Positions 36,442-49,590 of a stretch of DNA of 64,000 nt are shown piece by piece. Source of the stretch: Hyphochytrium catenoides. Its lineage: Eukaryota > Protista > Hyphochytriomycota. Each line of letters begins with the position of its first letter. The stretch's first letter is position 1. The notes below the pieces were generated by a model. The model worked only from the letters and a program-made list of their open reading frames with translations, made no database searches and had not been told where the DNA came from. The position numbers were made by a program, and so were the translations under genes. The stretch spans positions 37,967 through 101,966 of the forward strand of contig FLMG01003874.1 of assembly GCA_900088475.1 (NCBI GenBank), in the 5' to 3' direction.

Positions 36442-39400
36442 ATGGCCGGACAGTTAAGAGCTTCCGCGGATGTCTTCAAGGGAAAGCTCTTTGCTTTCCT
36501 TTACTTGGTCAACTACACGCGACCTTTGAATGAAAATGAACTCATGAACATAGAAGACAAGCCTGAAAATGACGTATCGGAACCAAAGCCTACGACCTCC
36601 GTGGCTCCTCATGCATCCTCCCCGTGTGAATACCTGATTCCCGTCGTCATTCCGGTGCAGGACTTTCCTGACGACTACAGCGCCGTAGACCTCCATCACT
36701 TCATCAAAAAGAAGCTTCCTAGTCATCTCAACGTGGATTGCGTACGCATCTGGTGTCCGCTGAAGATTTCCAGCACTGCAGAAATCTTGCAGCTAGTGAG
36801 TGCCCTAATACTCTGTTACTGCTTTCTTTTTTTATTATCTGACCTTGCTCTGTTCAGGGAGATCATGAGAAGTTTGAGGTTAGAAGCAATGATTCTGCAC
36901 AGATGGCCTTATGGTACCTACAGCTTCATCAGAGCACGCTTGTGAGGGGTGACGCTTTTAGAGAACACGATGGCTCCCGGAGAGAGGGTGCCCATTTGTG
37001 CCAGCCGATTCTCATTCTACAGCAGGCTAATTCTCCTCTTGGACTGACAGAAGATGAGTTTAACGCCCTGGATGTCTCAATCTCGAGACGACACGTGGCT
37101 ACCCCGCTTGCCAACACTCCTCGTACTTTGAAAAGGCCTAGCGGTTTGAAAAAAAAGGCCAAGACTCTAGTTAGACTTGAAGATGATAACGCTGTGAACG
37201 GCTCGGCTCCAATGCCCATCGAAGCTCCAGCTGCAGTAGATGACCTAACAACTGCGGTGAAGCTGCTAATTGCAAAGCTCAATCTACCATCGGACACCGT
37301 AACCGTTGTCAGCCCAACGGAAGTCACATGTCAGCTGAGCCAGCCTGAAGGAGGTAAGTTCAAAGAAGCTAGCTACTAGCATTAGTGAGCTCACCTTCTA
37401 ACTATTGCTGACAGAGGGGAAGCGCCAGGAAACAGTCAAGTTCTCTGAAGGCCAGGGCGTCGAGGCTCTAGCCGCGTACCTGGAAAGCCACAATGTGCCG
37501 GGAGCCAATAGCGCCGCTCAAGAGGTTGCAGAGGAGATGGACAAAAGACGGTTGGGGGTGGAGGAGCCATCTGTGGACGTGAAGATGGAAATGGACGCTG
37601 CTTCTGGGGGAGAGCTTTCTGACCAAGAGTTTGACGACAAGAAGAGACAAAGGATGATTGCTAGAATTGTTGTCGACAACAAGATTCCAAGGGATCACTT
37701 CGTTCTTGTCAACCCGCATCTAGTGCAGTGCAAGTTTCCTATCTCAGATGGTGTTGTCTGTGATGGCAAATACAAGCTTGCGAGACCCTACGAATATCAT
37801 GACTTCCTACGCCACTACAAGCGGCACACCAAGGATCCCGCATCTAAGGGTCCACGTAAGCGCAAGCGAAGTCCCAGTCCCTCTCCCGAGCCCGATCATG
37901 AAAGGAAAAGCAATGGGAAGCGGAGTCGGCTCAGCATTAAGTCGGATGATAATAGCAAACGAGGTCGCATTGGGCGCACTCTTGGTGAGAAGTTGTTAGG
38001 TTTTGAGATTCCTAGCGATGGCTTCGAGATAAAGAGCTCGGACTACGTCAAGTGCCTCTTCTGTGGCTCTATGATCAAGCTATCAGTCCCCAACAGCACC
38101 ACCAATTTCGTACGTCATTGGCGGCGCATCCACTACATGGATTTTGAGCGTGACTCTCAAGCTATTGAGTCCGAGATTCGGAAAGGGAAGAAGGCCAAAG
38201 CTGTGAAAAAATTGAAGGAGCTGATGATGAAGGTCAACATACCAACCGCAAGGTTCAGGATCCTGGATGAGAACAGGATCGCTTGCCTGTACTCTGACGA
38301 ACACGGCGATGGTCACTCCAAGTGCGACGAGCAGATAGACTTTACCAGAGCGATGGATGTGATGAGGTTTCTTAAGCATGTCTTCTCTATGCACAAGGGA
38401 GGAGAGCCAGGGATGGGTGGCGGCAAGAGGAAGAGCTCCAAGCGCGAACGTGAAGGCAAGGACGAGAATGGTTCTCAAGAGTCATCCTCTGAGAGCGGAA
38501 GCGGTACGAGTGAGGAGTCTTCTGGTGATGAGGAGAGCGGAACAGAAGGTAGCGAGGAGTCTTCCAGTGAAGGTAATGCTGATAGCGATAATGAGCTTGA
38601 CTCCCAGCGGAGTCAATCTTCTCCTGAGGAAGAAGAGGCTGAAGAGAGTGATGAAAGGAAGCGGAAAAGAGCTGAAAAGATGACAAATCTGATTGCCAAG
38701 AGAGACATTCCCGTGGAGCACTTCAAGATTGTTAGCTCCAAGGTTGTGGAGTGCCGATACATGGTTGATGGCCAGCCCTGCGGTAGACCTATCAGGGCGC
38801 CGATCAGCAACTTTGTGTCGCACTATAAGCGCATGCATTTGCAAGAGAAGCCTCCTGCTCCGATGCCCAAGGACCAGAAGAGCATGATATTGGAGTTGTT
38901 TGAGTCTGGGATCCCAAAGGGAGCGTACAAGATTGTCGATGAGAAATCTATCAAGTGCCAGTATGAATTGGAAAGTGGAGTTCTTTGTGGCCGTGTCATC
39001 AATCTGCAGAAGCCTTACAACGTGAGAAATTTCATCGGGCACTTCGCCACCCACTCCAAGGTACCCTTCCCTGCGGGGTCAGATGACGATTTCGAAGGCA
39101 TGCAGGAGGCTGAATCTCGGCCCAAGCCAAAGGCTGAAGAGACCCCTGTGAAGGATGAGAATGAGACCGCTCCCGTACAAGAGCAACCTCAGGCGCCGGA
39201 GGCATCCTCAGCATCGGATAGTCCGCTTGAGGCTGCCATCGTTGCCTCTGGCATCCCTTCAAATCACTTCAACATAATGAGCGGCAGCTTGATCGTGTGC
39301 AAGTTTTCTCAAAGTGGTGGTCAACCTTGCAATGTGCAGATGAAGATGTCCGGTGTGGATAAGGTTGCTCGCTTTATCCACCACTATAACTACTACCACC

Positions 39401-39621
39401 TCGCCAACCTCGTCAAGCCCATCCACACATCCCTCGTCAAGGCAATGGTTCCATCTAACGCTTTCTTCATCACCAATCGAGGTGAGGTGGTGCGGTGCGA
39501 TGCAGAGGTGAACGGGACACCTTGTGGCCAAGTCTTTAAGACCGTTGATGGGGCTGTTCCAGACCTCGTCGAGCACTATAACAAGGAACATCGATCGGGA
39601 GCGGGGTCTCTGGAAAGCTAG
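36442..39621 (+). CDS. Nuclear protein (~1018 aa) with seven BED-like C2H2 zinc-finger modules; introns 36796-36857 and 37354-37414
   Basis: Repeated IP..F/Y.I......C-x(2-12)-C..F..H-x(3-4)-H. Basic NLS-like stretches (RKRKRSPSP) and an acidic Ser/Glu tract. Both introns restore frame. Confidence 0.8.
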
Positions 39622-40813
39622 GACTAGTGCATTTGATTGTCGGCTAGCCATATCTGTCTGCTCAATCCCTGACAAGAGAGAAATATAAAGTTGCATAAGA
39701 TTCTGAACAATGAGGCCGAAGGGCAGTCTGTCTTGCCCCAAGTCCCATCGTGGTCCTCTTGGTCTTGGTGACTCTCTGTAGTTGTTAGTTGACCCCTGCT
39801 AAGTTGGCCTTGCATGCCTGTCCCATCTCGGGGACCCGTAAGATATAGGCTTCCAGGCAACCGCTTAGACTCTTGATGTCCCATCTTATCTACCATGGTC
39901 CTAAGGACCATGGCCTCTCAAACAGCGGTACTGCCCCTAATGACGTTAGACGCCTCGCTGCGTCAGCTTCGATTGCCGGCTGGCTCGCTCATGGTAGTAC
40001 CACCTCCTGCTTCTTCACAAACATTGCAGCTTTCTCTCCCATTTATTATCACTCTGCTCTATCCCTCCATTCAATTTGTCTTGCTTTTGTCGATACATGA
40101 GAAGGTTGCTGTCCTTCCACGTTCCTATGATGTCTCCTCGTGCATGTCTCTCAAAGAGTCACCATCATTCTTGCATCACCTAAGGATACTGTCCCAATAG
40201 GACAACCGCCATGGCCGCCCTTACTTCGAGCAAAAGAATGCCCTTCTTCCTATATCGCTTTGCAAGGCCCCTACTAGCAACCTTATTGATGCATGTACCA
40301 TCGTCCACCTAGCTCCAAGCCTTCGTTCCTCCTTGCTTCGATCCTCCTTTCCTTCAACCACGGAGGAGGAGTTGTCAATCTAGTAATGATGATTGGGGTA
40401 GGAGAGGGGGGTCGGGGGGGGGGCGTCAGCGTCGTGTATATGTCACGGGTGCGCCACCCCTATAAACGTTAGTGTATATCCCCACTCTGTCTCTCGGTGT
40501 CCTTTTGGAACTGTAACGCCCTTGCCCTACCACCTCACTCAACCCTTCACCAACACTCAGGAAGGGGACGGTCAACGTCATGGATGGGCCTGAACTCTAC
40601 TCGCTGGCCGCTGGCCGCACGGTGCTAGGCTGCCGAGCCACCACGATCACCGGCACCAGCTACTGCGGTGAGAAGCTCTGCGTTGCGTCGTGCACAAGTG
40701 TAGCGGCCTCTGCTACTTACTGATGACCTTTGTCGTTTACTACGGCCATGTAATGATGGTGATGAGATTCTTCTGTTGTCAGGCACTTCTTATAGTAGAC
40801 AACAGAAAGTAAT

Positions 40814-43678
40814 ATGTTGCTAAGCGCGAAGAGTTCAGTATCCTCATCCAGCTCCAAGGCTGCTGTCAATGCCAAGTTGATGGTGTCGGCGGCTGACAGC
40901 AGCTCCCCCGTGGGCAAAGAGAAAGAAGATGGTGAGGGAGCTCTCTCTCATTCGGCTTACCCTAATCTGTTAAAAGACGGCTCACCGCGCCGTCTTGCCC
41001 TCTATCTTCTTCTTTTGAAATTGAATGCTGCTAATTTGCTTCTTCTTGTCTGTCTTTCTTCAGACGATGATGCAAGTGCTATGGACCTTGCGGAGGACAG
41101 TGGAGAAGGGGTTCTCTCCGCAGCTTCGTCCTCATCTTCCCCGACCTTAGAGATAGAAGACGCAAAGTAAGGGTTCTAGCTAGCGCTATTAGGTTGGCAG
41201 CCCAGAGGAGCGCATCCCACTGCTGCCAAAGACAACTGCTACTCTTGTGCGAAACTGAGCGCTGCCTTCTTTCTTCTCCGATCCTCCGCCCAAACCCAAT
41301 CTGTGCTACTTCTAGTTGCATCTTAAGGAAGATTGAGGAGGAGAACAAGACGCTTAAGCATGAGTTATCTGTTGAGTCCAAGGCTGGGCGATCTCTGTAC
41401 GGCAAGGGTGCTACCAAGTGCGTAACTTATTGTTGATGATCTCTTCTATTATCATAAGCTCTCGGCAGATCGCTAACTCCACAAGAATGATCTTTGAAAT
41501 ATTATTGGCAGAGAGATGGACGGCGCGCAGAAGCAGATTGAGTCATACGTAAAGAAGATTGAGAGGGAAAAGATCCGTCGATTGGAGCTGGACTCCCAAC
41601 TAGAACTTCTTGGCCGCCGCTTAGAGGAAAAAAGAAAGGAAGCGGTACAAACTTCCAAAACCAGAGTCCTCCAGGCTGTCCGCCACGGCGCTAAGGTCAC
41701 AGAGGTACGCATATTGAGCCTACTTGTGTCATATTAGTTAGGCTGAATGTAATAACGCCCTCATGGCCCCGTGTCTCTCTGTGTAGAAAAAGCTGGAGCA
41801 TGCAATCACCAAGCACAATGAGATGATCGCTTTCAATAAGAATTTGAAGGACAAAGTTGGAGCACTAAGACGAGAGAGAGTAGTGCTGGACGCTGTCTAC
41901 AAGCAGTTAGAGATCGACATCCTCGAGACGAGAATGAGACTGGAGAGCGCCCAAGATAAGCTCAAGTAAGTCTCTCCTCAGGAGCAAAAGAACCCGATTG
42001 GCTTGCCAGTAAGAATGGAGGTGAGAACGCGTCTAACTAGCATAGCTAACGAAGCACTTGCACCCTGTCTGCTGGTTATATAGGCTAATTGAACAGAACA
42101 ATGAGCTCATACAACAAAGCATCACTGAGCTCAAGACGATAGCAGAGCAGCAAGAGAAGACATTTAAGGTGACATCTCAAACTTTTTGTTATTGCTCGAG
42201 CGAGATCTCCCATACTTATCAATTGCTCTTGATATAGAACGAATGCGGGGAGCTCACCCAGAGCATTGAGCACGATAGGGACCAGCAGGCCGTGAAGGCT
42301 GCAGCGCTGATGGAAGAGCAGCGCACGAGGAATGAGGGTAAAAAAGCTGATGAGCAGGTGGCGGTCAGCTCCACGGAAGATCCGACACAGCAAAAGAAGC
42401 AGGTCATCAGCCATCTTTCAGCAAAATACGTGCACTGATGTGATGATGACACTCTGAGTCTTGCATGTCTCTATTCCCTCTCATTCCACTTCCTTCCGCG
42501 TAGATCTTGAGGTATAAGTGGCAACACGTCGAAAACGAGACCACTGTCGAACTCACTCGCGAAAAGATTGCTAAATATGAAGAGGCCTTTGCAAAGATCC
42601 GGGCCATAACAGGCGTCAGTGACATTGCTGCCATTGTTGACCAGGTGCCTGATCTCCTGCCTGTGAGAATATAGTGCTATTTCTCTTCCAGAAACTAACG
42701 ATTCGTGCCACCTCCCATCCAACAGTTTATAGAGGAAGAGTCAAAAAATTTCTCGCTGGTCACTCATATTGCCGAGCTCAGCAATGAGAGTCGACGTTTG
42801 AAGTCTCAGGTACACAACCTTTGGCCCTTACGCATGCTACGGCGCTGACTCATGCCTCGAACTTGCATTCAGATCGAGAAGGTGAAGACAGAAGTCGAGG
42901 AATTGCGTCAACCATCCGCTTCCTCTACCGAGAAGACACCTCCCAAGCTAAGTCAAAGCTTCAAGAAGGGCAAGAAAGGCTTAGATGTTCACACAACCAT
43001 TCAGGAACAGGCGGCGAGCATAGCCGAGAAGAACAATCTTATGCAGCAACTCGTGTCCTCTATACATCGCATTGCCACTCACATCGGAGCGGAAGAAACT
43101 GTTGCTGATCTTGGGGCCTTCGGGGGGCTGGGCGGTCAAGTCACTGAGAGCAACGTCCTCGAGTGGCTCAGTGTAGTGGAAAAGAAAACTGCAGAACTCC
43201 TGCTAAGAAAGGCCCAAGGAGACAAGGAGTCGTCCAAGTACTTCGATCGGAATCTCGAGATGAGGGGCGTCGTCCATTCTGAGACGCTAATCGGCCAGGG
43301 TAAGATGTCTCTCAGCTTCTAAATGGTATTCCACGCTAATGTGCACAATCTGCCTTAGGACCCTCCCACCTGCACGGTGAGCATGTCAGACTGGCAATTC
43401 AACCACCATCATTGGATGAGAATTTGCTTGAGGACCCTACTGGCGACTACAGTGCCATTGACCGACCGCTTTCTCGGGAGGAGTTAGCCAAGAGCACGGC
43501 CAGAAGGCTGAAGCAAGCAGCAGCAGGAAAGCGACCTCCTGCCAAAGCCACGGCTAAGACGCCGCAAAGGACGATGAGACAGAGTTCTGTACCAGCCATT
43601 GCGGAGGATTCGGAAAGTGATGATGGGTTGCCTGAGAGTTCAACAGAGAATAATCCTCCTGCCGGCGCTAGCTTATAA
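40814..43678 (+). CDS. Outer dynein arm docking complex coiled-coil subunit (ODA-DC2/CCDC63/CCDC114 family), multi-exon; an upstream exon from ATG 40580 can splice in frame
   Basis: KKLEHAITKHNEMIAFNKNLKDKVGALRRERVVLDAVYKQLE, YEEAFAKIRAITGVSDI..FIEEESKNFSL, VTESNVLEWLSVVEKK, DRPLSREEL. Confidence 0.82.
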
Positions 43679-43779
43679 ACCTTTCCGTCGGACTCTGACG
43701 TGGTAGAAGCAATTAGTGATGTTGGTACTTCAGTAACAGGATTTTTTTAGCTTTTGGTATGCACATCGCCCTTAGCTCC

Positions 43780-46700
43780 CTAGAGGGCTTGGCTTCCGGG
43801 ATGAGCGCTTAGCCTTCTTAGATGTAGGGCTCCTTCCTTGGCCGTCCACTCTTGGATGATGGGCTTCGCATACTCATAACCCACCTGGATTGGAAGGAGA
43901 CATTAGCTCTTTCAGAACCAGCCTTAGGGCTTCCACTTTCTACTTACTGCTACGATCTCATCAAACTTGTCAAACTCCAGTGTATCGAAGTCTTGAATAG
44001 GGGGGTTTAGGTAAAGATCAACACTTTTTTTCACTTCGCTGCGGCAGAGGTCAGTATAACGGCATATGGCGATGGGATCTCGTAGAGCGGGAGAACGTAC
44101 ATTAGCTGCCTCTCTGCTGACACAAAGACCAAGGTCTGCGACACGTCGCCCATAGACGGGACTCTCAGCGTTTTGCTAAATGGATTCAGCTTGTTGAAAA
44201 GCAGCCACCAGCCAGATAGTCTTCAAAAAGATACTTAGCTCTTCAGAAGCGTGGAGCGGACTAGGCTATACTTACGAAGTTCCATAGTCGTAGTAATCCC
44301 GTAGGGGCTGTCTGCCCACGTCTACAGCAATGACACTTCTAACTCCAAGCCCCATCATGACATCTCCTACGAGGAAAGACGTCAACATCCAATTGCATTT
44401 AGATCTAGATCCTTCAGATGGTACCTGGGAGGTTATTTAGGTATCCCCCATCCACCAGAACAGATCCATTATCCGTTATCGGAGGTAGATAACCCTAGCA
44501 ACAAAAATCAGTGCTTACGGAACAAGCGCTCCACCCGAGGAGCCTGACCTGCAGCGACATGGATGCTCGAACGTACTTCCAGAGCGGCCCCTTACGATGG
44601 ACTGCGAGGTGGCTGGAAGCAATGTCCGTGCTCACACAGAAATAGTTGAGCAACAGATCCTGGATGCGCACCTCTCCGAACGTGTGAATGAGTCCTTGAT
44701 TGAACCTGTTACAACTCAGTCATTCGCTTGCCTCCATATGATTTTTTCTTTCTGTCAGGACGAACCTTGACCCATTGAAGAATGACGTTATAGGGAGCGT
44801 GAGGTCCAGCAACTTTTCCAAAGTACTGCCCAACTTTTTACTGAGGTTTCTTGCCTTCTTTACTAACGTAGGATAGTCGTCTGGATACATTGCATACAAG
44901 CCTCCCACAAAAGCCCCACAACTTTACACTCAGAGTCAATTTGCGCGTGTAGTAACCTGGGAGATAGTGGGTAACCTCCTTACCTTGTCCCGCCCACGAT
45001 ATCGATGGGCACTCCGCACTCCTCCAGAGCTCTAATAACGCCAATGTGAGCAAGGCCGCGAGCTCCTCCTCCCCCTACGAAACTCCAACTTCAGTTATGT
45101 GTCGCTCTTTGTCTGCAATCAAGGTTTATACCTAGCACGAGGCCAATAGAAGTGCCTGTAATTCGTCTCATGAGGCGGCCGATGTCATCCAGATGGTCAT
45201 GAAAGGGGGCGCGGACGTTATGGAACCCTCTTTCAGGTTCAGGCGTTAATCAGGCATCCTGAGCTGATGGGGAAGAAGCTTACCTCAACCAACGTCTCTG
45301 CTCGTAGAATTCGCTGATTGGATCACTGGGAACCCTGGGGTCAGTGAACAGATGACCCCAGTCTCTACTAACGTAACGCTGGTAGTTATGCGAGTCGTGT
45401 ATGCTAACCACTTCAATTCTCGGCTGGAGAAAGGAAGACATTGAGATTCGTGCTAATGCGTCCGGGCAAGATAGGTAGAAGACTCACGAACCTGCCGGCT
45501 GCCAAAAGCTTGAATTAGCAGACGCTCCACTGACTTTGGCAGGAAAGGCTTCTTGTTTGCCTAACGATGGAGCTTTGAGAAGCGCATGATCAAAATAGTT
45601 CTCTACTAAGGTACCTCGCATAAGATGAGAATGGCATCTGCCTGACGCACACAAAGTCTCGACCATTCGGAGTCTTTGTACTCAGCTTCAAAAATTACGA
45701 GCCGATGAGCTTCCTCCACCTCCGAGAGAAGATTACTCAGATGAAGCTCCTGAAGTAGTTCCTTTCCTCGGCTGCAGGAGCTCCGTTAGCCACTGCACTT
45801 CCTCCGCCCACTCGGCGTTAGCAGAAGTGTCACTCACGTTGCTCTTCGATGAACAATAGGTCCAAACTTCTGCCGCGCGAATTTGGCGTCAATGTGAATC
45901 GCAGAAGACACCTGCAGGATGCACTGCAGCAATTGATAGGCGAAAACCGAGGCTTGAACCGTTGGAGTGGCCGGAATTACCGCAATCGTTGCCTGAAGCG
46001 TGTCGGCTGTTAGAATCTGGAGCAAACACTCATTAACGAAGTATCTGCAGCTCGCTTACAATCTGGGGGGTCGCAATGCCGTTGGTATTGCCTTGGTTTT
46101 TGGGGTCTATCCTACTCATCTGAGCCACCATCCGCCCAAAGTGCAAGAGTACCTAAGGAGATAAGAGATACATAGTCTCAGTCTCTTGAAATATTAACGC
46201 GAGCTGTTAGGCATTTGAAACTGGCGCTTCAAACCTTGGGGTATCGACTGGCGATGATGTCGAAGACAAGCTTTGGCACCTGGGCCAGTTCGCTGTCTCG
46301 GACGGCAAAGAAAGTCTCATCAAAAGCTTCATCATTGATCATCTCCAAGGCCCCCACTATTTCACCTCGCAGAAAGTCTTTGGTAGTGATAGACGGCTCT
46401 CCAGGCTGGAAGACGGTGAGCGCTCAGCCGGGGTGGCAAGCTTAAAAAGAACGTAAGACGATGCACCTTATCCACCGCCCGGATTCTACCGCTAAGAACG
46501 ATAAATGACGCGTGGGGCCGCTGCCCCTTTTCTACTAGCGTTTCCCCGGCCTAAGGTGAGGAGTGTGCGGCACCCTTAGGCATATCTTGGTAATAGGCGA
46601 AGTCGACAGAAGCTTACCTTAAGGTGGATCCACTCCATCCCGAGATCAAGCTGGTAGACTAGGTCAGAAAAGCTGTCCAGAATCTTCGAGCAAACCCTAG

Positions 46701-48678
46701 GTTGTCGAAAGTTAGCCGGTATCCTAGGTAGGGATTGCATGGAAAATGATGGCACCTAAGTAGAATTCGAGGATCGGTGGACATGCTCATGAATGCTCCC
46801 CGCGGCAACTTTGCAATGGTTGTCTGCTCTGAAGCCACCAGCTGCCAGGCGCGAAAGTTACCAGATGTCGGAAATGGTCGCGGCAACTCACTTACCCCTC
46901 GAGAGCTAGTGCTTCCAGTGAATAAGTTAAGAGGGTCCACAAGCTGGCCAGAAGAATAGGAACTTCTTAAATGCTGTGCTACACTTTAAGACTTACGTGA
47001 GAGCTCCTGTCGCAGTAGTTGCCCTCGGGATGCTCACTTACCGCTTCGGTGTCGCGACTTCTCCTTGCAATATGAATACCATATCAAGTTTGCTATGCGG
47101 TAGCTGTAAGGCCTCTCCAGCATCCATATTCTATATAACATGCAGTAAGTGATACGATATCACCCCGAGCTCCCTTCGTTCTTTTAGGCCAAACCTTAAT
47201 TTCTATGTTTCTGAAGACTGTGTCAGCGAGCTCGGAGGTTCTGGGCAGTCCAAACCAGTCCAGAATCAGCTCCGCCGCCCTCTTCTTGGCTGTTGGGCTG
47301 GAAATATCGGGTGCCGCTAGTAGCTCTTGTACGTCTGAAGGGCTTAGATCTGGAGCTGCACAGGACTCGGAGCGAATGTGGTCCCTCTGACTGTGCTGTC
47401 AGTGGACTGTGTTTACTTTTTCGAGATCAGACACCTACCAGGCCAAAAAAGACTGCCAAGGTTCCAAGAGTGACCCTCTGCAACCTGGTTAATATAGTCT
47501 GCGCCAGTCTCATACTGTCACTGGGATGCTTTAATATCATCATCTTGAACACCGCCGGGGGTATCATTGCTAGAGGATATCAGACGCTGTCAAGTCCGTG
47601 TGATGGCCACCTGAGACGTTATAGAGTGGGCATTGCCTTTTCCTGACCTACATATGTCTTGCCGATGGCTTTAGCTGACATGCTGGACGTGACTTTGGAT
47701 TTGTACTTCGGCTTCTCGGAGAAGGCGTCAACACTACACGCCAAGACCGTGAGGAGAGATGTGAATGCTTCTCCCTACAGCCACTGTCAGCGATGGCACT
47801 TAGATGCAATAGTAAGAGATGACAACGGACCTTTCCCATCCTCCACACTAGTCGATCATGGTGACCAGCCAGCTTAAGATGGATCTCCCCTTCTAGTGAC
47901 CCACTAAGAATGATGAAGATCGTCCCGTCAGACTCTCCTTCTTTAAATAATGCCTCATCGTCCTCCAGGTTCTTAATGGTTATGAGCCTGTATCAAACGT
48001 AAGTTGGTTCCACATTTATGCACGAAAACTAAAGTCTCACCCTAGCATATCCTCAAAGAATGTCGCATTGATGTAGGAGATTAGCTTCACCTAGAGGGAT
48101 TGAATGTAAGCATGTGAGAGACGATGGAAGGGGTCTTATCGGGAGCGAAGATGTGGGAAACAATCCTACTTTGGGAAGGTTCTCTCTCAACCACTGTCTC
48201 CATTCCTCCGTCAGTTCCCCTGTAGACGTGGGATGGTGTTCCAAATCCGCCTCTTGTCGAGGAAGCAACTTTTCTGAGAAGGACAGGCAAGAGTCAGACT
48301 TGATGGGTACGCTTTGGTCAAGGGAGAGACTAAAAAAGGAATGCCATCAACCTTGGCCTTCAGTAGCCGCACTCTCATCAAAGAGAAGGCTCAAGTCAGG
48401 ATCGCTGTGTCGTCGAAGAAGAGCATGATGATCAACTCCTGGTTCTTCTGTCTTTTTAGCAGACTTATCAGCCTTCTTCCGCGGTCGCACTTGTCGGGAT
48501 GCAATCCATAGGTATAGCGCTACAGAGTAGATAGTGCCACTTTAGCCGGCGACGGCTTGCCTCATATATCGAAGGGCCGGAAGTAGACTACAGCGCAGAT
48601 GAGCCTACCTATGGTTAGCACTACCGCGACACCAGCACCTTGCGCGAGACCCAATAGAATGCTGATAGAAATCGCCAT
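43780..48678 (-). CDS. Neuropathy target esterase / NTE1 / PNPLA6-7-like phospholipase B (N-terminal TM, cNMP-binding domains, patatin domain), many exons
   Basis: N-terminal hydrophobic [23 protein letters not shown]. cNMP-like exons ([36 protein letters not shown]). Patatin [64 protein letters not shown]. Confidence 0.88.
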
Positions 48679-49590
48679 TGGCTCATGAGCACCCTAAGGA
48701 GGTCTTTGGAGTGTAAGGGAGGCAGCACGTTCCCGTTCTGCTAAAAGGCAAGGGAGATCTTGAACCTGCCAAAGCCTATGTTCCATGGACAACGTATCAA
48801 AGACTGCAATCGTGAGGTCCCAGGGAGCTTCATCCTCTACCTACCACGATGAACAGAAGTGCTGCTTGTGCATCTGGTGAGCCTCTGTTGCCTATCGCCT
48901 ATGGAGTCGACTTCATCATTCGTCGCAACTGAGAGAGGGCAGCAAGCAGCAAGCCCAAGACGGCAGGCAGCAGCTCCCACAGACTCAGATACTGAGGAAT
49001 ATTCACCTCATTACTCGTACAAAGTCTCTTGGTCTAGAGATCCAGTTGAAGAAACGAATGTACCGGCGATCCAGCAATCCCCTCCGACTCCTGCTACCTA
49101 TACCAGGACTCCTCCTGGAGCAGTGAATCCTGATGTATTTTGGTTTCCTGTTCGCATTGGTCTGGCCCAAGATTCTGGCTCTCTGGTTCTCATATTACTA
49201 CGCCAAAACCGCTTCAGCAATTATTATGGCCTCACACCTACCAAGCCGGCCCTATTGCTACGGTTCGAACTACTGCCAATGCCCCGTCTTGATCGTCCGT
49301 GTAGGGTTTGTAACGACCGCAGAGAAAGTGCAGAAGATGCGCAGGAGGTACAGTCCCGTGTTTATATTCCTAGAGAAGTGAAGCTTGTGCAGCTTCCCAG
49401 CACCCTTCTAGGGACTGCACGTTCCTCTAGTCATGACGGTACTAGCTGCTGGTTCACACTCGCGATAAGTCATTTCTGGGCCTTCTCAATGGCAAGGCAG
49501 TAGCCATGAAGTTTAGTACACTATGCTAAGCTGAGCTCTGAACGACGTGTGTGGGCTGACTCTACTCAAGCAGTGATTGCTCGATTAATT

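Noticed and set aside
36442-39621. Active hAT/Mutator transposon
   Set aside because: No DDE/RNase H or dimerisation domain, TIRs or target-site duplications seen
37468-39741. Multiple antisense ORFs of 80-190 aa
   Set aside because: Shadows of the long sense CDS; the same applies to antisense ORFs over the Met10, kinase, 2OG and LOX genes
4095-41063. Several stop-free 3n introns (4095-4181, 17234-17311, 25167-25229, 40932-41063) as a regulated intron-retention system
   Set aside because: With short ~50% GC introns, some stop-free 3n cases are expected by chance, and an excess cannot be shown without counts
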